NCBI RefSeq assembly: GCF_964194025.1
Contig: NC_134479.1
Coordinates: forward strand, 38,936,001 to 39,000,000
Direction: 5' to 3'
Length of the DNA: 64,000 nucleotides
From: Convolutriloba macropyga
Taxonomy: Eukaryota
Made by a program: the position numbers and the translations under genes. Below are positions 24,290-39,100 of the stretch, piece after piece; the first letter of the stretch is position 1, and each line of letters opens with the position of its first letter. The notes under the pieces are model-generated. The model was not told the DNA's origin. It saw only the letters and a program-made list of their open reading frames with translations, and ran no database searches.

Positions 24290-25250
24290 TTTGCAGCTAT
24301 TCCGGCAGTCTGCGGGCTATTTTTTTCCAATAACCGCACAGCGATGGCTGGGGCTATTATTGGTCTTCTCTTGGTTTTTATTTCGTCATCAGGTTTTTTG
24401 TTACGACCATATTACGTCACATCCACTTGGAATCTGCTTTTTGTTCATTCATTAATGCAATTTCAACTGAAGTGCGTGCTTGACGTTTTTGTTCACTTAG
24501 TGGAGCGAATTTTTTTGTTTATTTGCGTGGTTAGGTTTTTGGTCACACGTGACTTTACCTCACTCTCAAAAATGACTTCCTCATCTTGAAATTGACTTTT
24601 ATTTAATTTAATTGAAGGGGATAAGGTCAAATGGGTGTGTGTCACTCTAAATGCAGGTTATTTGAGAGCAGCTAATAGACCCAGAAATAACTTATACAGA
24701 TTCTTAATCAAATTGTAACATCTCATCCTCTAATGAAAAGAGGAAGTTTTTTGATATTTGTTTTAATGTTTTTTAAGACGTTCTTTAGATCTACGAAGCT
24801 ATTTAGGCTATTTTTAGCAATCTGCCAGCTGTGTTTTTTCTACTTTGGCGGATAAAAATGTGTTGCGCTTTACCGTAAGTCACAACTTGTTCATTATTTT
24901 GCATGAAATCGTTTTGACTCTAGGCTGGTTTTGTTCTTTGCTTCTTCTGATCAAAGTGCTTCCGATTAAAGTGCAAAGCAATATAAATTGAACGGAGTCA
25001 TAAAAACCAAATCAGGAGTAGAAACGCGATGCAGCCCAGTTTTAGATGTCTTCTACTTGATTTTTTCTAATGCTTAATGGTATTAGTGCTCACCCCATTT
25101 AGCCCCTCATAGTGTGTCAAACTAGAATATCCAATCAAAATAGCGCGCGCATAATAATTTTTAATACGAAAACTAATTTCAATTTTGTCTGTTCTTCCAA
25201 TCCCAATTGGTGGTGTGGGAATCAATTACGGCTATTTTCCGCTTATGTTT
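24290..25250 (+). repeat. Modular repeat cluster after the PNO1 exon (modules A-C-E-D)
   Basis: 24328-24840 aligns with 20193-20528 and 21114-21545. 24865-25230 aligns with 850-1260. Confidence 0.8.
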
Positions 25251-26029
25251 TGCTATCGAAACCCTGAGCAAGTCTATTTCGCTTTTGGCTTTTTATGTGG
25301 CATAGTTTACTTGCTCCGTTGTTTTTTTTTATCTTGAGTAAGTGTTTAATCTTAGCTTGGTGCATCTTTCTGTTTATTCGCTCGAGGTCTTTTTGGTTAC
25401 ATTTCCTTATGGTGGTCTACTCTTTCGTATGATTACTGATTAGTTTTTTATCGATTGGATAATTAAAGTTGGCTGAATTTTTTGGAGTAGTTTTACATTT
25501 TAGTGACTAACTCCGGTTTTTTTCACCAGATATTTCTGTCCTTGAACATATTTTTGTATCCGTAATGTTGAGAAAAACGTTATGTTCTACTATTTCTGTA
25601 TAATCACTGAATTTTTATCTGTTGATTATGTTTCTTTTGCCAATTAAGTTTTCACCTGAAGAATGGATCAATCAAGGTGTCAATTTTATGGCGCAAACTT
25701 GCAGCTTTTTTTGTGGATAATGTGTTTCATATTTTGATTTTATTGTTTCAGTTTGAGTGAATTATATATAATAATAAAGTTGAATATTGTTAGCTGGCTT
25801 TTTAAATTGAATCATATCTCTGAACTGGTGTTGTACACTATCTTAATAAATATGTTCTAGATTGTTCTGGTTTTCGTTTCTAGTAACATTCCGATTCTGA
25901 ACATCTTTTGGGTGATAATTAATTTCTCAATGATTTATTTTATTACGGATTAAGGAATCATGGTATTAATTTTCGCTGAATTTATTTTTCTTGCTATTGA
26001 AACTTCGCGCTTGAAGTATTGACTCAATA

Positions 26030-29000
26030 CTCTTGAACCATTGTGCTGTAGTTTGATAAATGTTCTTTGTCACCTTAGTTTTTGCTTGTTTTCAACTGGC
26101 GTTGCAATTTATCAAACAACTTAAGTTGACAGTTGGAGAATTTCTCTGCTGTGTTTCAAATCTTTATCTTTGTATTTGGGCACAGTTTTAAAATAAGTTT
26201 TATGAACTCCACTGGTTAATGAATTTCCTCAGTTGTTATTTTGGGTTAAACGTTGATGTTATGCCACTGAGATGAGTTGCTGATTTTTATTACTATCTGA
26301 CTATAGATTGATCAAAACGACAGAATCTCCTCTACGTCAATAAATGGTATTTTGACCCATTTTCTATTATTTTGGACTGCTGACCCAAATGATGTTTTGC
26401 CGTCTTTCGTATCATCACTGATTGCTCATCTGATACATTGATAATTTTTGTCTTTGCTAGCTGGCTTTCTAGAAATTGAATCATTTTTGTGAAATAGTTT
26501 TGAATACTATCTCAATAGATTTTTTTTCTTGTTTGTTCTGGGTTTTTTTTCTAGTTTTATGATTAACATCTTTCGGGTATGAATGCATGATATTCAGTTT
26601 TTGCTGAATTCTTTTTTACTATTGAGTTTTCGCACTTGAGGTTTTGACTCAATAGTTTTGAATCATTGTGCTGTAGTGTGATAAATGTTCCTTGTCACCT
26701 TAGTTTTTGCTCGTTTTCAAATGGCGTTGCAATTTATCAAACTAATTAAGTTGACAGTTGGAGAATTTCTCTGCTGTGTTTCAAATCTTTATCTTTGTAT
26801 TTGGGCACAGTTTTAAAATAAGTTTTATGAACTCCACTGGTTTATGAATTTGCTCAGTTGTTTTTTTGGTTAAACGTTTTTTTGGTTAAACGTTGATGTT
26901 ATCCCACTGAGATGAGTTGCTGATTTTTATTACTATCTGACTATAGATTGATGAAAACGACTGAATCCCCTCTCCGTCAATAATTGGTATTTTGCCCCAT
27001 TTTCTATTTTTTTGGACTGCTGACCCAAATGATGTTTTGACGTCTTTTGTATCATCACTGGTTGCTCATCTGATTCATTGATAATTTTTGTCTTTGCTAG
27101 CCGGCTTTCTAGAAATGGAATCATTTTTGTGAAATTGTTTTGAAAACTATCGCAATAGATTTTTTTTCTAGTTTGTTCTGGGTTCTATTTCTAGTTTTGT
27201 GATTTAACATCTTTCGGGTATGAATGAATGATATTAAGTTTTTGCTGAATTTTTTTACTTTTGAATTTTTGCCATTGAGGTTTTGACTTAATAATCGTTG
27301 ACTTCAGGTTTTGACTCAATACTTTTGAATCATTGTGCTGTAGTGTGATAAATGTTCCTTGTCACCTTAGTTTTTGCTCGTTTTCAAATGGCGTTGCAAT
27401 TTATCAAACTAATTAAGTTGACAGTTGGAGAATTTCTCTGCTGTGTTTCAAATCTTTATCTTTGTATTTGGGCACAGTTTTAAAATAAGTTTTATGAACT
27501 CCACTGGTTAATGAATTTCCTCAGTTGTTATTTTGGGTTAAACGTTGGTTATCCCACTGAGGTGAGTTGCCGATTTTTATTACTATCTGAGTACGGATTG
27601 ATGAAAAACGACTGAATCCCCTCTCCGTCAATAATTGGTATTTTGCCCCATTTTCTATTTTTTTGGACTGCTGACCCAAATGATGTTTTGACGTCTTTTG
27701 TATCATCACTGGTTGCTCATCTGATACATTGATAATTTTTGTCTTTGCTAGCCGGCTTTCTAGAAATGGAATCATTTTTGTGAAATTGTTTTGAAAACTA
27801 TCGCAATAGATTTTTTTTTCTAGTTTGTTCTGGGTTCTATTTCTAGTTTTGTGATTTAACATCTTTCGGGTATGAATGAATGATATTAAGTTTTTGCTGA
27901 ATTTTTTTACTTTTGAATTTTTGCCATTGAGGTTTTGACTTAATAATCGTTGACTTCAGGTTTTGACTCAATACTTTTGAATCATTGTGCTGTAGTGTGA
28001 TAAATGTTCCTTGTCACCTTAGTTTTTGCTCGTTTTCAAATGGCGTTGCAATTTATCAAACTAATTAAGTTGACAGTTGGAGAATTTCTCTGCTGTTTCA
28101 AATCTTTATCTTTGTTTTTTTTGCACAGTTTTAAAATAAGTTTTATGAACTCCACTGGTTTATGAATTTCCTCAGTTGTTATTTTCGGTTAAACGTTGGT
28201 TATCCCACTGAGGTGAGTTGCCGATTTTTATTACTATGTGACTATAGATTGATGAAAACGACTGAATACCCTCTCCGTCAATAATTGGTATTTTGCCCCA
28301 TTTTCTATTTTTTTGGACTGCTGACCCAAATGATGTTTTGCCGTCTTTCGTATCTTCACTGATTGCTCATCTGATACATTGATAATTTTTGTCTTTGCTA
28401 GCTGGCTTTCTAGACATTGAATCATTTTTGTGAAATAGTTTTTGTGAAATTTTTACCTCAATATATTTTCTAGTTTGTTTGGGTTCTATTTGTAGTTTTA
28501 TGATGTAACATCTTTCGGGTATGATTGAATGATATTAAGTGTTTGCTGATTTTTTTTACTTTTGAATTTTTGCCATTGAGGTTTTGACTTAATAATCGTT
28601 GACTCAATAATCGTTGACTTCAGGTTTTGACTCAATACTTTTGAATCATTGTGCTGTAGTGTGATAAATGTTCCTTGTCACCTTAGTTTTTGCTCGTTTT
28701 CAAATGGCGTTGCAATTTATCAAACTAATTAAGTTGACAGTTGGAGAATTTCTCTGCTGTGTTTCAAATCTTTATCTTTGTATTTGGGCACAGTTTTAAA
28801 ATAAATTTTATGAACTCCACTGGTTAATGAATTTCCTCAGTTGTTATTTTGGGTTAAACGTTGGTTATCCCACTGAGGTGAGTTGCCGATTTTTATTACT
28901 ATCTGAGTACGGATTGATGAAAAACGACTGAATCTCCTCTCCGTCAGTAATTGGTATTTTGCCCCATTTTCTTTTATTTTGGACTGCTGACCCAAATGTT

Positions 29001-29350
29001 TTGCCGTCTTTCGTATCATCACTGATTGCTCATCTGATACATTGATAATTTTTGTCTTTGCTAGCTGGCTTTCTAGAAATTGAATCTTTTTTGTGAAATA
29101 GTTTTTGTGAATTACTACCTCAATAAATTTTCTAGTTTGTTTGGGTTCTATTTGTAGTTTTATGATGTAACATCTTTCGGGTATGATTGCATGATTTTAA
29201 GTTTTTGCGGAATTCTTCTTTTACTATTTAATTTGCGCACTTGATGTTTTGACTAATAATCGTTGACTCAATAATCGTTGACTTGAGGTTTTAACTCAAT
29301 ACTTTTGAATCATTGTGCTGTAGTGTGATAAATATTCCTTGTCACCTTAA
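26030..29350 (+). repeat. Satellite subfamily with ~660 bp period
   Basis: AATCATTGTGCTGTAGTGTGATAAAT at 26661, 27328, 27980, 28644 and 29308. Confidence 0.9.
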
Positions 29351-32300
29351 TTTTTTGCTCGAATACGTTTTTGTACTGAATTCAATTTTTGGCTTTTGAG
29401 TCTTCGAAGGTGAAGTATGCACTTCATAATCGTTTGTCTTCGTTGTAGCTGTACTGTTTTAATTATTCGCCTGAAGTCCTCTGCTGTGCTTTTGGGCTTC
29501 GGTTTTTGAGATTGCTCGGGAGTTGCTTTGAAATACATTGTAATGTTATCCCATTGATACAACCAACTGATTTCTTTTCTTAGCTGAAAGTAATCCCTCC
29601 TATTGTTTTCTTCTTCACATTGTACATGACAGATTTATTGTTCTGCTAGCGCCAGTGTCGCAACTGTTTTTCCTTATGACTTTGTTGGCGTTGCAAATTA
29701 TTCATCAATCAAATCATTTTTTGTTGCTTTATCTTTGTATCCTCGGATTATCCTCTGACATTAATTGGCAATTTGTCTCATTTTCTCTGATATCGGACTG
29801 CTGACTCAAGTGATGTTTTACCATCTTTCGTATGATCATTGATTAATTTCTTATCTGAAACATTGATAGTTTATGTCTTCGCTAGCTGGCTCTTTAAGCT
29901 AAGCTTTGAAAAGTATTGAATACTATCAATAATTGTTATCTGGATTCTGTTTCTAGTTTATGTTGTAACATCTTTCGGGTATGAATGCATGATATTAGTT
30001 TTTTGCTGAATTCTTTTTTTGGCTAATGGGTCTTCGCACATGAAGTATTGACTGAACAGTCGTTAATCTTCATGGTAGCTGCTATTCTTATGACTCACCT
30101 GACGTTCTAAGCTTTGCGTCTGGGGTTTTGCTTGGAAGATGCCCTGAATTACATTCTGATTTTATCCCACTCATGCGACCAACTGGTTCTTTTATTTAGC
30201 CCAAAGTTATCTTTTTATTTTTTCTGCTCCACATAGTAGAAAGAATTATTGTTCTGCTATCGCTAGTCTCGCAACTGTTTTTCCCCTGTGACCTTGCTTG
30301 CGTTCCAAATAATCATCAATCTAATCAGTATGCCTTTTGGAGAATTTCGCTGCTTCTCAGATCTATATCTTTGTAAAATTTATGGGTTCTACTGTTTTGT
30401 GGGTTTGCTCAGTTGTTTTTTTTTGTTGTGTTCAAGTTTGATTTTATCCCACTGATGTGACTTCCTGTTTTTGGGTTTCGGTTTTTGAGTTTGCTTAGAC
30501 GTTGCTCTGAATCACATTCTAGTTTTTTCCCACTGATGCGACCAACTACTATCTGACTTTATTTTGAATGTTATTTGATTTTCGAGTATAACGACTGAAT
30601 CTCTTCTCCGTCATTAGTTGGGACTTTTTCCCATTTTCTCTATAGGTCTACTGACTCAAATTATGTTTTACCACTTTTCGTATGATTACTAATTAATTTC
30701 GTTCGGATACACTGATTGCTTGTCTTCGTAAGCTGGCTTTTTAAGATGAATCTTTTTGATCTGGATTCCGTTTCTAGTTCATTAATAGTTCATCATTCAT
30801 CTTTCGGGTATGAATGCAGAACATTAATTTTCTACTGAATACCTTTTTTGGCTTTTGAGTTTTCGAAGGTGAATGACGCACTTAATAATCGTTTTTCTTC
30901 GTCGTAGCTGTACTATTCTAATGATTCGCCTGAAGTCCACTGCTGTGGTTTTAGGCTTCGGTTTTTGAGTTTGCTCGGGAGTTGCTTTGAAATACATTGT
31001 GATGTTATCCCATTCATATAACCAACTCATTTACTTAGCTAAAAAATAATCCCACCTATTTTTGGCTGCATCATAGAGTATCTGACAGAGTTGTTGTTCT
31101 GTCATCGCTAGTGTCTCAACTTATTTTCCTGGGGACCTTGTTGAGATCTTTCAACTGGTTTGCAAATAATCATCAATCTAATTGGTTTGCGTTTTGGAGA
31201 ATTCGCTGCTTTTCAAATCTTAATCTTTTTAGTTTTTATGAGTTTTACTGGTTTAAGTGTTTGCTCAGTTGTATTTTGTTGTTGGGTCAACGGTTATCCC
31301 ACTGATATGATTTCTTGATTTTTTACTATCTGACTATATTGTGATTGTTGTTTGATTTTCTCATATAGCAACTGAATCTTCTCCGTCATTAATTGGTGTT
31401 TCTTCTCATTTCCTCTATCTGACTGCGGCCTCAAATGATGTTTTACCATTTTTCGTTTAATTACTAAAAAATTTTTTTCTGATTCACTGATTGCTTGTCT
31501 TCGTAAGCTAGCTTTTTAAGCTGAATCTTTTTGAAATAGTATTGAATACTATCTCTAAGAATTTTTTTGATCTGGATTCCGTTTCTAGATCATTATCTAA
31601 TATCTTTCGGGTATGAATGCAGAATTTTAATTTTCTACTGAATACATTTTTTGGCTTTGGAGTCGTCGAAGGTGAAGTACGCACTTAATAATCGTTTGTC
31701 TTCGTGGTAGCTGTGCTGTTTTCGCCTGAAGTCATCTGCTGTCTCTGCTGTGCTTTTGGGCTTCTGTTTTTGAGTTTGCTCTGGAGTTGCTTTGAAATAC
31801 ATTGTGATGTTATCCGATCCATACAACCAACTCATTTTCTGAGCTACAAATAATCCCACCTATTTTTTTCTGCATCATATAATATCTGACAGAGTTATTG
31901 TTCTGTCATCGCTAGTGTCTCAACTTATTTTCCTGGTGATCTTGTTGAGATCTTTTTCAACTGGGTTGCGAATTAATCATCAATCTAATTGGTTTGCGTT
32001 TTGGAGAACTTCACTGCTTTTCAAATCTTTATCTTTTTAATTTATGAGTTTTTACTGGTTTATGTGTTTGCTCAGTTGTATTTTTTCATTGGTTCAAGGG
32101 TTATCCCACTATGAATTCTTTTTTTACTATCTGACTATATTCTGATTTTTGTTTGAGTTTCTCATATAGCAACTGAATATGTTCGTCATTAATTGGTGTT
32201 TCTTCCCATTTCCTCTATCGGACTGCTGCCTCAAATGATGTTTAACCGTATGATCTTTGATTAATTTCTTATCTGATACATTGATAGTTTCTGTCTTCGC

Positions 32301-35300
32301 TAGCTCGCTCTTTAAGCTAAACCTTTGTTAAAAAGTATTGAATACCATCTTTATTTTTTTCTGGATTCCGTTTCTAGTTTATGATGTCACATCTTTCGGT
32401 TATGAATGCATGATATTAGTTTTTTTGTTGAATTTCTTTTTTGGCTATTTTGTCTTTGCACATGAAGTATTGACTGAATAGTCGTTAATCTTCATGGTAG
32501 TTGCTATTCTTATGACCCTCCTGACGTTTTAAGCCTTCCGTTTGGAGTTTTTGCTCGGAATTTCTTTGAATTACATTCTGATTTTATCCCACTGATGTGA
32601 CAAACTGATTCTTTTATTTAGCTAAAAGTAATCTTTTTTCTGCTGCACATAGTATCTGAAAGAATTATTCTGCTATCGCTAGTCTCGCAACTGTTTTTCC
32701 CCTGTGACCTTGCTTGCGTTCCAAATAATCATCAATCTAATCAGTATGCCTTTTGGAGAATTTCGCTGCTTCTCAGATCTATATCTTTGTAAAATTTATG
32801 GGTTCTACTGTTTTGTGGGTTTGCTCAGTTGTATTTTTTGTTGTGTTCAAGTTTGATTTTATCCCACTGATGTGACTTCCTGTTTTTTGGTTTCTGTTTT
32901 TGAGTTTGCTTAGACGTTGCTCTGAATCACATTCTGGTTTTTTTCCCGCTGATGCGACCAACTACTAACTGACGTTATTTTGATTGTTATTTGATTTCCT
33001 CGTATAACCACCTCGTATGAATCTCCTGTCATTAGTTTGTATTCTTCCCGTTTTCTCTATCGGACTGCTGACTCAAATGATTTTTTAACATCTTTCGTAG
33101 GATTACTAATTGATCTCTTTTCTGATACACTGATTGCTTGTCTTCCTAAGCTGGCCCTTTAAGTTGAATCTTTTTGAAATAGTATTGAATACTATCTCAA
33201 GGATTTTTTTGATCTGGATTCCGTTTCTATTTCATTATGTAACGTCTTTCGGGTAGGAGTGCAGAATATTAATTTTCTACTGAATACGTTTTGGCTTTTG
33301 AGTCGTCGAAGGTGAAGTACGCACTTAATAATCGTTTGTCTTCTTTGGAGATGTACTGTTTTAATGATTCGCTTGAAGTCCTCTGCTCTGCTTTTGGGCT
33401 TCGGTTTTTGAGTTTTCTCGGGAGTTTCTTTGAAACACATTGTGATGTTATCCCATTGATGCAACCAACTGATTTTTTTTCTTAAATTAAAATAATCCTA
33501 CCTGTTTTTTGCCTCACAGTATCTGACAGAGTTATTGTTCTGTCATCGCTAGTGTCTCAACTTCTTTTCCTGGTGAGCTTGTTGAGATCATTTTCAACTG
33601 GGTTGCAAATTAATCATCAATCTAATTGGTTTGCCTTTTGGAGAAATTCGCTGGTTTGCAAATCTTTGTCTTTTTAATTTTACTGGTTTATGTGTTTGCT
33701 CAGTTGTATTTTTTCATTGGTTCAATGGTTATCCCACTATGAATTCTTTTTTTTACTATCTGACTATATTCTGATTTTTGTTTGAGTTTCTCATATAGCA
33801 ACTGAATATGTTCGTCATTAATTGGTGTTTTTCCCATTTACTATATTCCCTATGATCATTGATTAATTTCTTATCTGATACATTGATAGTTTCTGTCTTC
33901 GGAAGCTGGCTTCTTAAGCAGAATCTGTGAAATAGAATTGAATTCTTTTTCAATAATTTTTTATCGGTATTCCGTTTCTAGTTTCTGATGTGACATCTGT
34001 CGGTAATGAATGCCTATCGTTTTTTACTGAATTCATTTTTCTGGCTATTGTGTCGTCGCACGTGAAGTATTCACTTAATAATTGTATACCTTCGTGTCTG
34101 TGCTGTTTTTATTCGCCTGAAGTTCTCTGTTCTTCTTTTGGACCTCTGCTTTTGAGTTTGCTCGGGAGTTGCTTTTAAATATATTTTATGTTACGCAATT
34201 GATGCGACCAACTAATTTTTTTAGCTAAAAATAATCCTTACTTTTTTTCTTGCTTCACATATTATCTGGCAGAATTATTGTTCTGCTATTGCTAGCATCG
34301 CAACTGTGTTTTTCTAGTGATCTTGTTGGCGATATAAATTAATCATCGATCTAATCGATTTGACTTTTGGCTTTTCAAATCATTATCTGCTTAATTGTTA
34401 TGAGTTTTGCTGTTTGAATTTTACTTCGGTTTGTTTTTTTGTTCAACTTTGGTGTTATCCCACTGATATGACTTCCTGATTTTTATTACTATCGGACTAT
34501 ACTTTGATTGTTGTTTGATTTTCTCGTTTAACGACTGAATCCTTTCACCATCATTAGTTGGTATTTTTCCCATTTTTTCGGTCTGCTGACTCAAATCATG
34601 TTTTACCATCTTTCGTATGATCACTGATTAATTTCTTATCTGATACATTAATAGTTTCGTCTTCGGAAGTTGCTTTTTTAAGCTGAATCTTTGTGAAATA
34701 GTGTTGAATACTATCTGAATGATTTTTTGTTCTGGAAGCCATTTCTAGTTTATGATAAAACATCTTTCGGGTATGAATGCTTGATATTATTTTCTTACTG
34801 AATAAATTTTTTCTGGCTTGTGGGTAGTCGCACTTGAAGTATTCACTTAAAAATCGTTTATCTTCGTGGTAGCTGTGCTGGTTTTATGATTGGCCTAAGT
34901 TCTCTGCTGTGCTTTTGGGCTTCTGTTCTTCAGTTTGCTTGGGATTTGCTTTGAAATACATTGTAATGTTATCCAATTGACGCGAGCAATTGGTTTATGA
35001 TTTTGACCAGTTGTATGTTTTGTTTTTTCAACTTTGTTGTTATCCCACTGATATGACTTCTTGATTGTTTTTACTATCTGTGTATATTCTGATTGTTGTT
35101 TGATTTTCTCGTATAGCAACTGAATCTCCTCTCCGTCATTAATTGGTGCTGTTCCCATTTCCTCTATCGGACTGCTGCCTCAAATGATGTTTTAGCATCT
35201 TTCGTATGATTACTAATTAATTTCTTTCTGATACACTGATTGCTTGTCTTCGTAAGCTGGCTTTTTAAGATGAATCTTTTTGATCTGGATTCCGTTTCTA

Positions 35301-36123
35301 GTTCATTATGTAACATCTTTCGGGTATGAATGCAGAACATTAATTTTTTACTGAATACCTTTTTTTGGCTTTTGAGTTTTCGAAGGTGAAGTACGCACTT
35401 AATAATCGTTTTTCTTCGTCGTAGCTGTACTATTTTAATGATTCGCCTGAAATCCTCTGCTGTGCTTTTCGGCTTCGGTTTTTGATTTTGCTCGGGAGTT
35501 GCTTTGAAATACATTGTGATGAGATCCCATTGATGCAACCAACTCATTTTCTTAGCAAAAAATAATCCCACCTATTTTTTTCTGCATCATATAATATCTG
35601 GCAGAGTTATTGTTCTGTCATCGCTAGTGGGTCGTCCTACTTGAAGTGTTCACTTAAAAATCGTTTATCGTCGTTCGTTTCTAGTTTATGATGTAACATC
35701 TTTCGGGTATGAATGCATGATACTAATTTTTTACTGAGATAATTTTTTCTGGCTATGGAGTCGTCGCAAGTGAAGTATTCACTTGATAATCGATTGTCTT
35801 CGTGATAGCTGTGCTGGTTTTATGATTCGCCTACGTTCTCTGCTGTGCTTTTAGGCTTGTTCTTCAGTTTGCTCGGGGGTTGCTTTGAACTACATTGTGA
35901 TGTTATCCAATTGACGCGACTAACTTGTTTATGATTTTGCCCAGTTGTATTTTTTGTTGTTTAAACTTTGATGTTATCCCACTGATATGACTTCTTGATT
36001 TTTATTACTATCTGACTATGTTCTGATTGTTGTTTGATTTTCTCTTATAACGACTGAATCTCTTCACCGTCATTAGTTGATTTTCTTCCTATTTCCTGCG
36101 TCTGCTGAATCGAATGATGTTTT

Positions 36124-39100
36124 ACCATCTTTCGTATGATCACAGATTATTTTCTTATTTGATATATAAATAGTTTCGCCTTTGGAAGTTAGCTTCTTAA
36201 GCTGAATCTCTGTGAAACGGTATTGAATACTATTTCAGTGATTTTTTTGTTCGGTATTCCGTTTCTAGTTTCTTTCGGTAATGAATGACTGTCGTTTTTT
36301 ACTGAATTCATTTTTCTGGCTCTTGAGTCGTCGCACGTGAAGTATTCACTTAATAAATGTTTACCTTCGTGTCTGTGCTGTTTTTATTCGCCTGAAGTTC
36401 TCTGTTCTTCTTTTGGACCTCTGCTTTTGAGTTTGCTCGGGAGTTGCTTTTAAATATATTTTATGTTACGCAATTGATGCGACCAACTGTTTTTTTTAGC
36501 TAAAAATAATCCTTCCTTCTTTTTCTTGCTTCACATAGTATCTGGCAGAATTATTGTTCTGCTATTGCTAGCGTCGCAACTGTGTTTTCCTGGTGAACTT
36601 GTTGGCGATATAAATTAATCATCGATCTAATCGATTTGACTTTTGGCTTTTCAAATCTTTCTGCTTAATTTTTGTGAGTTTTGCTTGTTTGAATTTTACT
36701 TGTTTGAGTTTTTTTGTTCAACTTTGATGTTATCCCTTTGATATAACTTCTTGATTTTTTCACTATCTGTGTTTATTCTGATTGTTGTTTGATTTTCTCG
36801 TATAGCAACTAAATCTTTTCCGTCATTAATTGGTGTTTTTCCCATTTCCTCTATCGGACTGCTGCCTCAAATGATGGTTTACCATATTCCGTAACATCAA
36901 TGATTAATTTCTTATCTGATACATTGATATTTTCTGTCTTCGGAAGCTGGCTTCTTAAGCTGAATCTCTGTGAAATGGTATTGAATTCTATTTCAGTAAT
37001 TTTTTTGTTCGGTATTCCGTTTCTAGTTTCTGATGTGACATCTTTCGGTAATGAAGAATGCCTATCGTTTTTTACTGAATTCATTTTTCTGGCTATTGAG
37101 TCGTCGCACGTGAAGTATTCACTTAATAATTGTATACCTTCGTGTCTGTGCTGTTTTTATTCGCCTGAAGTTCTCTGTTCTTCTTTTGGACCTCTGCTTT
37201 TGAGTTTGCCCGGGAGTTGCTTTTAAATATATTTTATGTTACGCAATTGATGCGACCAACTAATTTTTTTAGCTAAAAATAATCCTTCCTTTTTTCTTGC
37301 TTCACATATTATCTGGCAGAATTATTGTTCTGCTATTGCTAGCATCGCAACTATGTTTTTCTAGTGATCTTGTTGGCGATATAAATTAATCATCGATCTA
37401 ATCGATTTGACTTTTGGCTTTTCAAATCATTATCTGCTTAATTGTTATGAGTTTTGCTGTTTGAATTTTACTTCGGTTTGTTTTTTTGTTCAACTTTGGT
37501 GTTATCCCACTGATATGACTTCCTGATTTTTATTACTATCGGACTATACTTTGATTGTTGTTTGATTTTCTCGTTTAACGACTGAATCCTTTCACCATCA
37601 TTAGTTGGTATTTTTCCCATTTTTTCGGTCTGCTGACTCAAATCATGTTTTACCATCTTTCGTATGATCACAGATTATTTTCTTATTTGATATATAAATA
37701 GTTTCGCCTTTGGAAGTTAGCTTCTTAAGCTGAATCTCTGTGAAACGGTATTGAATACTATTTCAGTGATTTTTTTGTTCGGTATTCCGTTTCTAGTTTC
37801 TTTCGGTAATGAATGACTGTCGTTTTTTACTGAATTCATTTTTCTGGCTCTTGAGTCGTCGCACGTGAAGTATTCACTTAATAAATGTTTACCTTCGTGT
37901 CTGTGCTGTTTTTATTCGCCTGAAGTTCTCTGTTCTTCTTTTGGACCTCTGCTTTTGAGTTTGCTCGGGAGTTGCTTTTAAATATATTTTATGTTACGCA
38001 ATTGATGCGACCAACTGTTTTTTTTTAGCTAAAAATAATCCTTCCTTCTTTTTCTTGCTTCACATAGTATCTGGCAGAATTGTTGTTCTGCTATTGCTAG
38101 CATCGCAACTGTGTTTTCCTGGTGAACTTGTTGGCGATATAAATTAATCATCGATCTAATCGATTTGACTTTTGGCTTTTCAAATCTTTCTGCTTAATTT
38201 TTGTGAGTTTTGCTTGTTTGAATTTTACTTGTTTGAGTTTTTTTGTTCAACTTTGATGTTATCCCTTTGATATAACTTCTTGATTTTTTCACTATCTGTG
38301 TTTATTCTGATTGTTGTTTGATTTTCTCGTATAGCAACTAAATCTTTTCCGTCATTAATTGGTGTTTTTCCCATTTCCTCTATCGGACTGCTGCCTCAAA
38401 TGATGTTTTACCATATTCCGTAACATCAATGATTAATTTCTTATCTGATACATTGATATTTTCTGTCTTCGGAAGCTGGCTTCTTAAGCTGAATCTCTGT
38501 GAAATGGTATTGAATTCTATTTCAGTAATTTTTTTGTTCGGTATTCCGTTTCTAGTTTCTGATGTGACATCTTTCGGTAATGAAGAATGCCTATCGTTTT
38601 TTACTGAATTCATTTTTCTGGCTATTGAGTCGTCGCACGTGAAGTATTCACTTAATAATTGTATACCTTCGTGTCTGTGCTGTTTTTATTCGCCTGAAGT
38701 TCTCTGTTCTTCTTTTGGACCTCTGCTTTTGAGTTTGCCCGGGAGTTGCTTTTAAATATATTTTATGTTACGCAATTGATGCGACCAACTAATTTTTTTA
38801 GCTAAAAATAATCCTTCCTTTTTTCTTGCTTCACATATTATCTGGCAGAATTATTGTTCTGCTATTGCTAGCATCGCAACTATGTTTTTCTAGTGATCTT
38901 GTTGGCGATATAAATTAATCATCGATCTAATCGATTTGACTTTTGGCTTTTCAAATCATTATCTGCTTAATTGTTATGAGTTTTGCTGTTTGAATTTTAC
39001 TTCGGTTTGTTTTTTTGTTCAACTTTGGTGTTATCCCACTGATATGACTTCCTGATTTTTATTACTATCGGACTATACTTTGATTGTTGTTTGATTTTCT

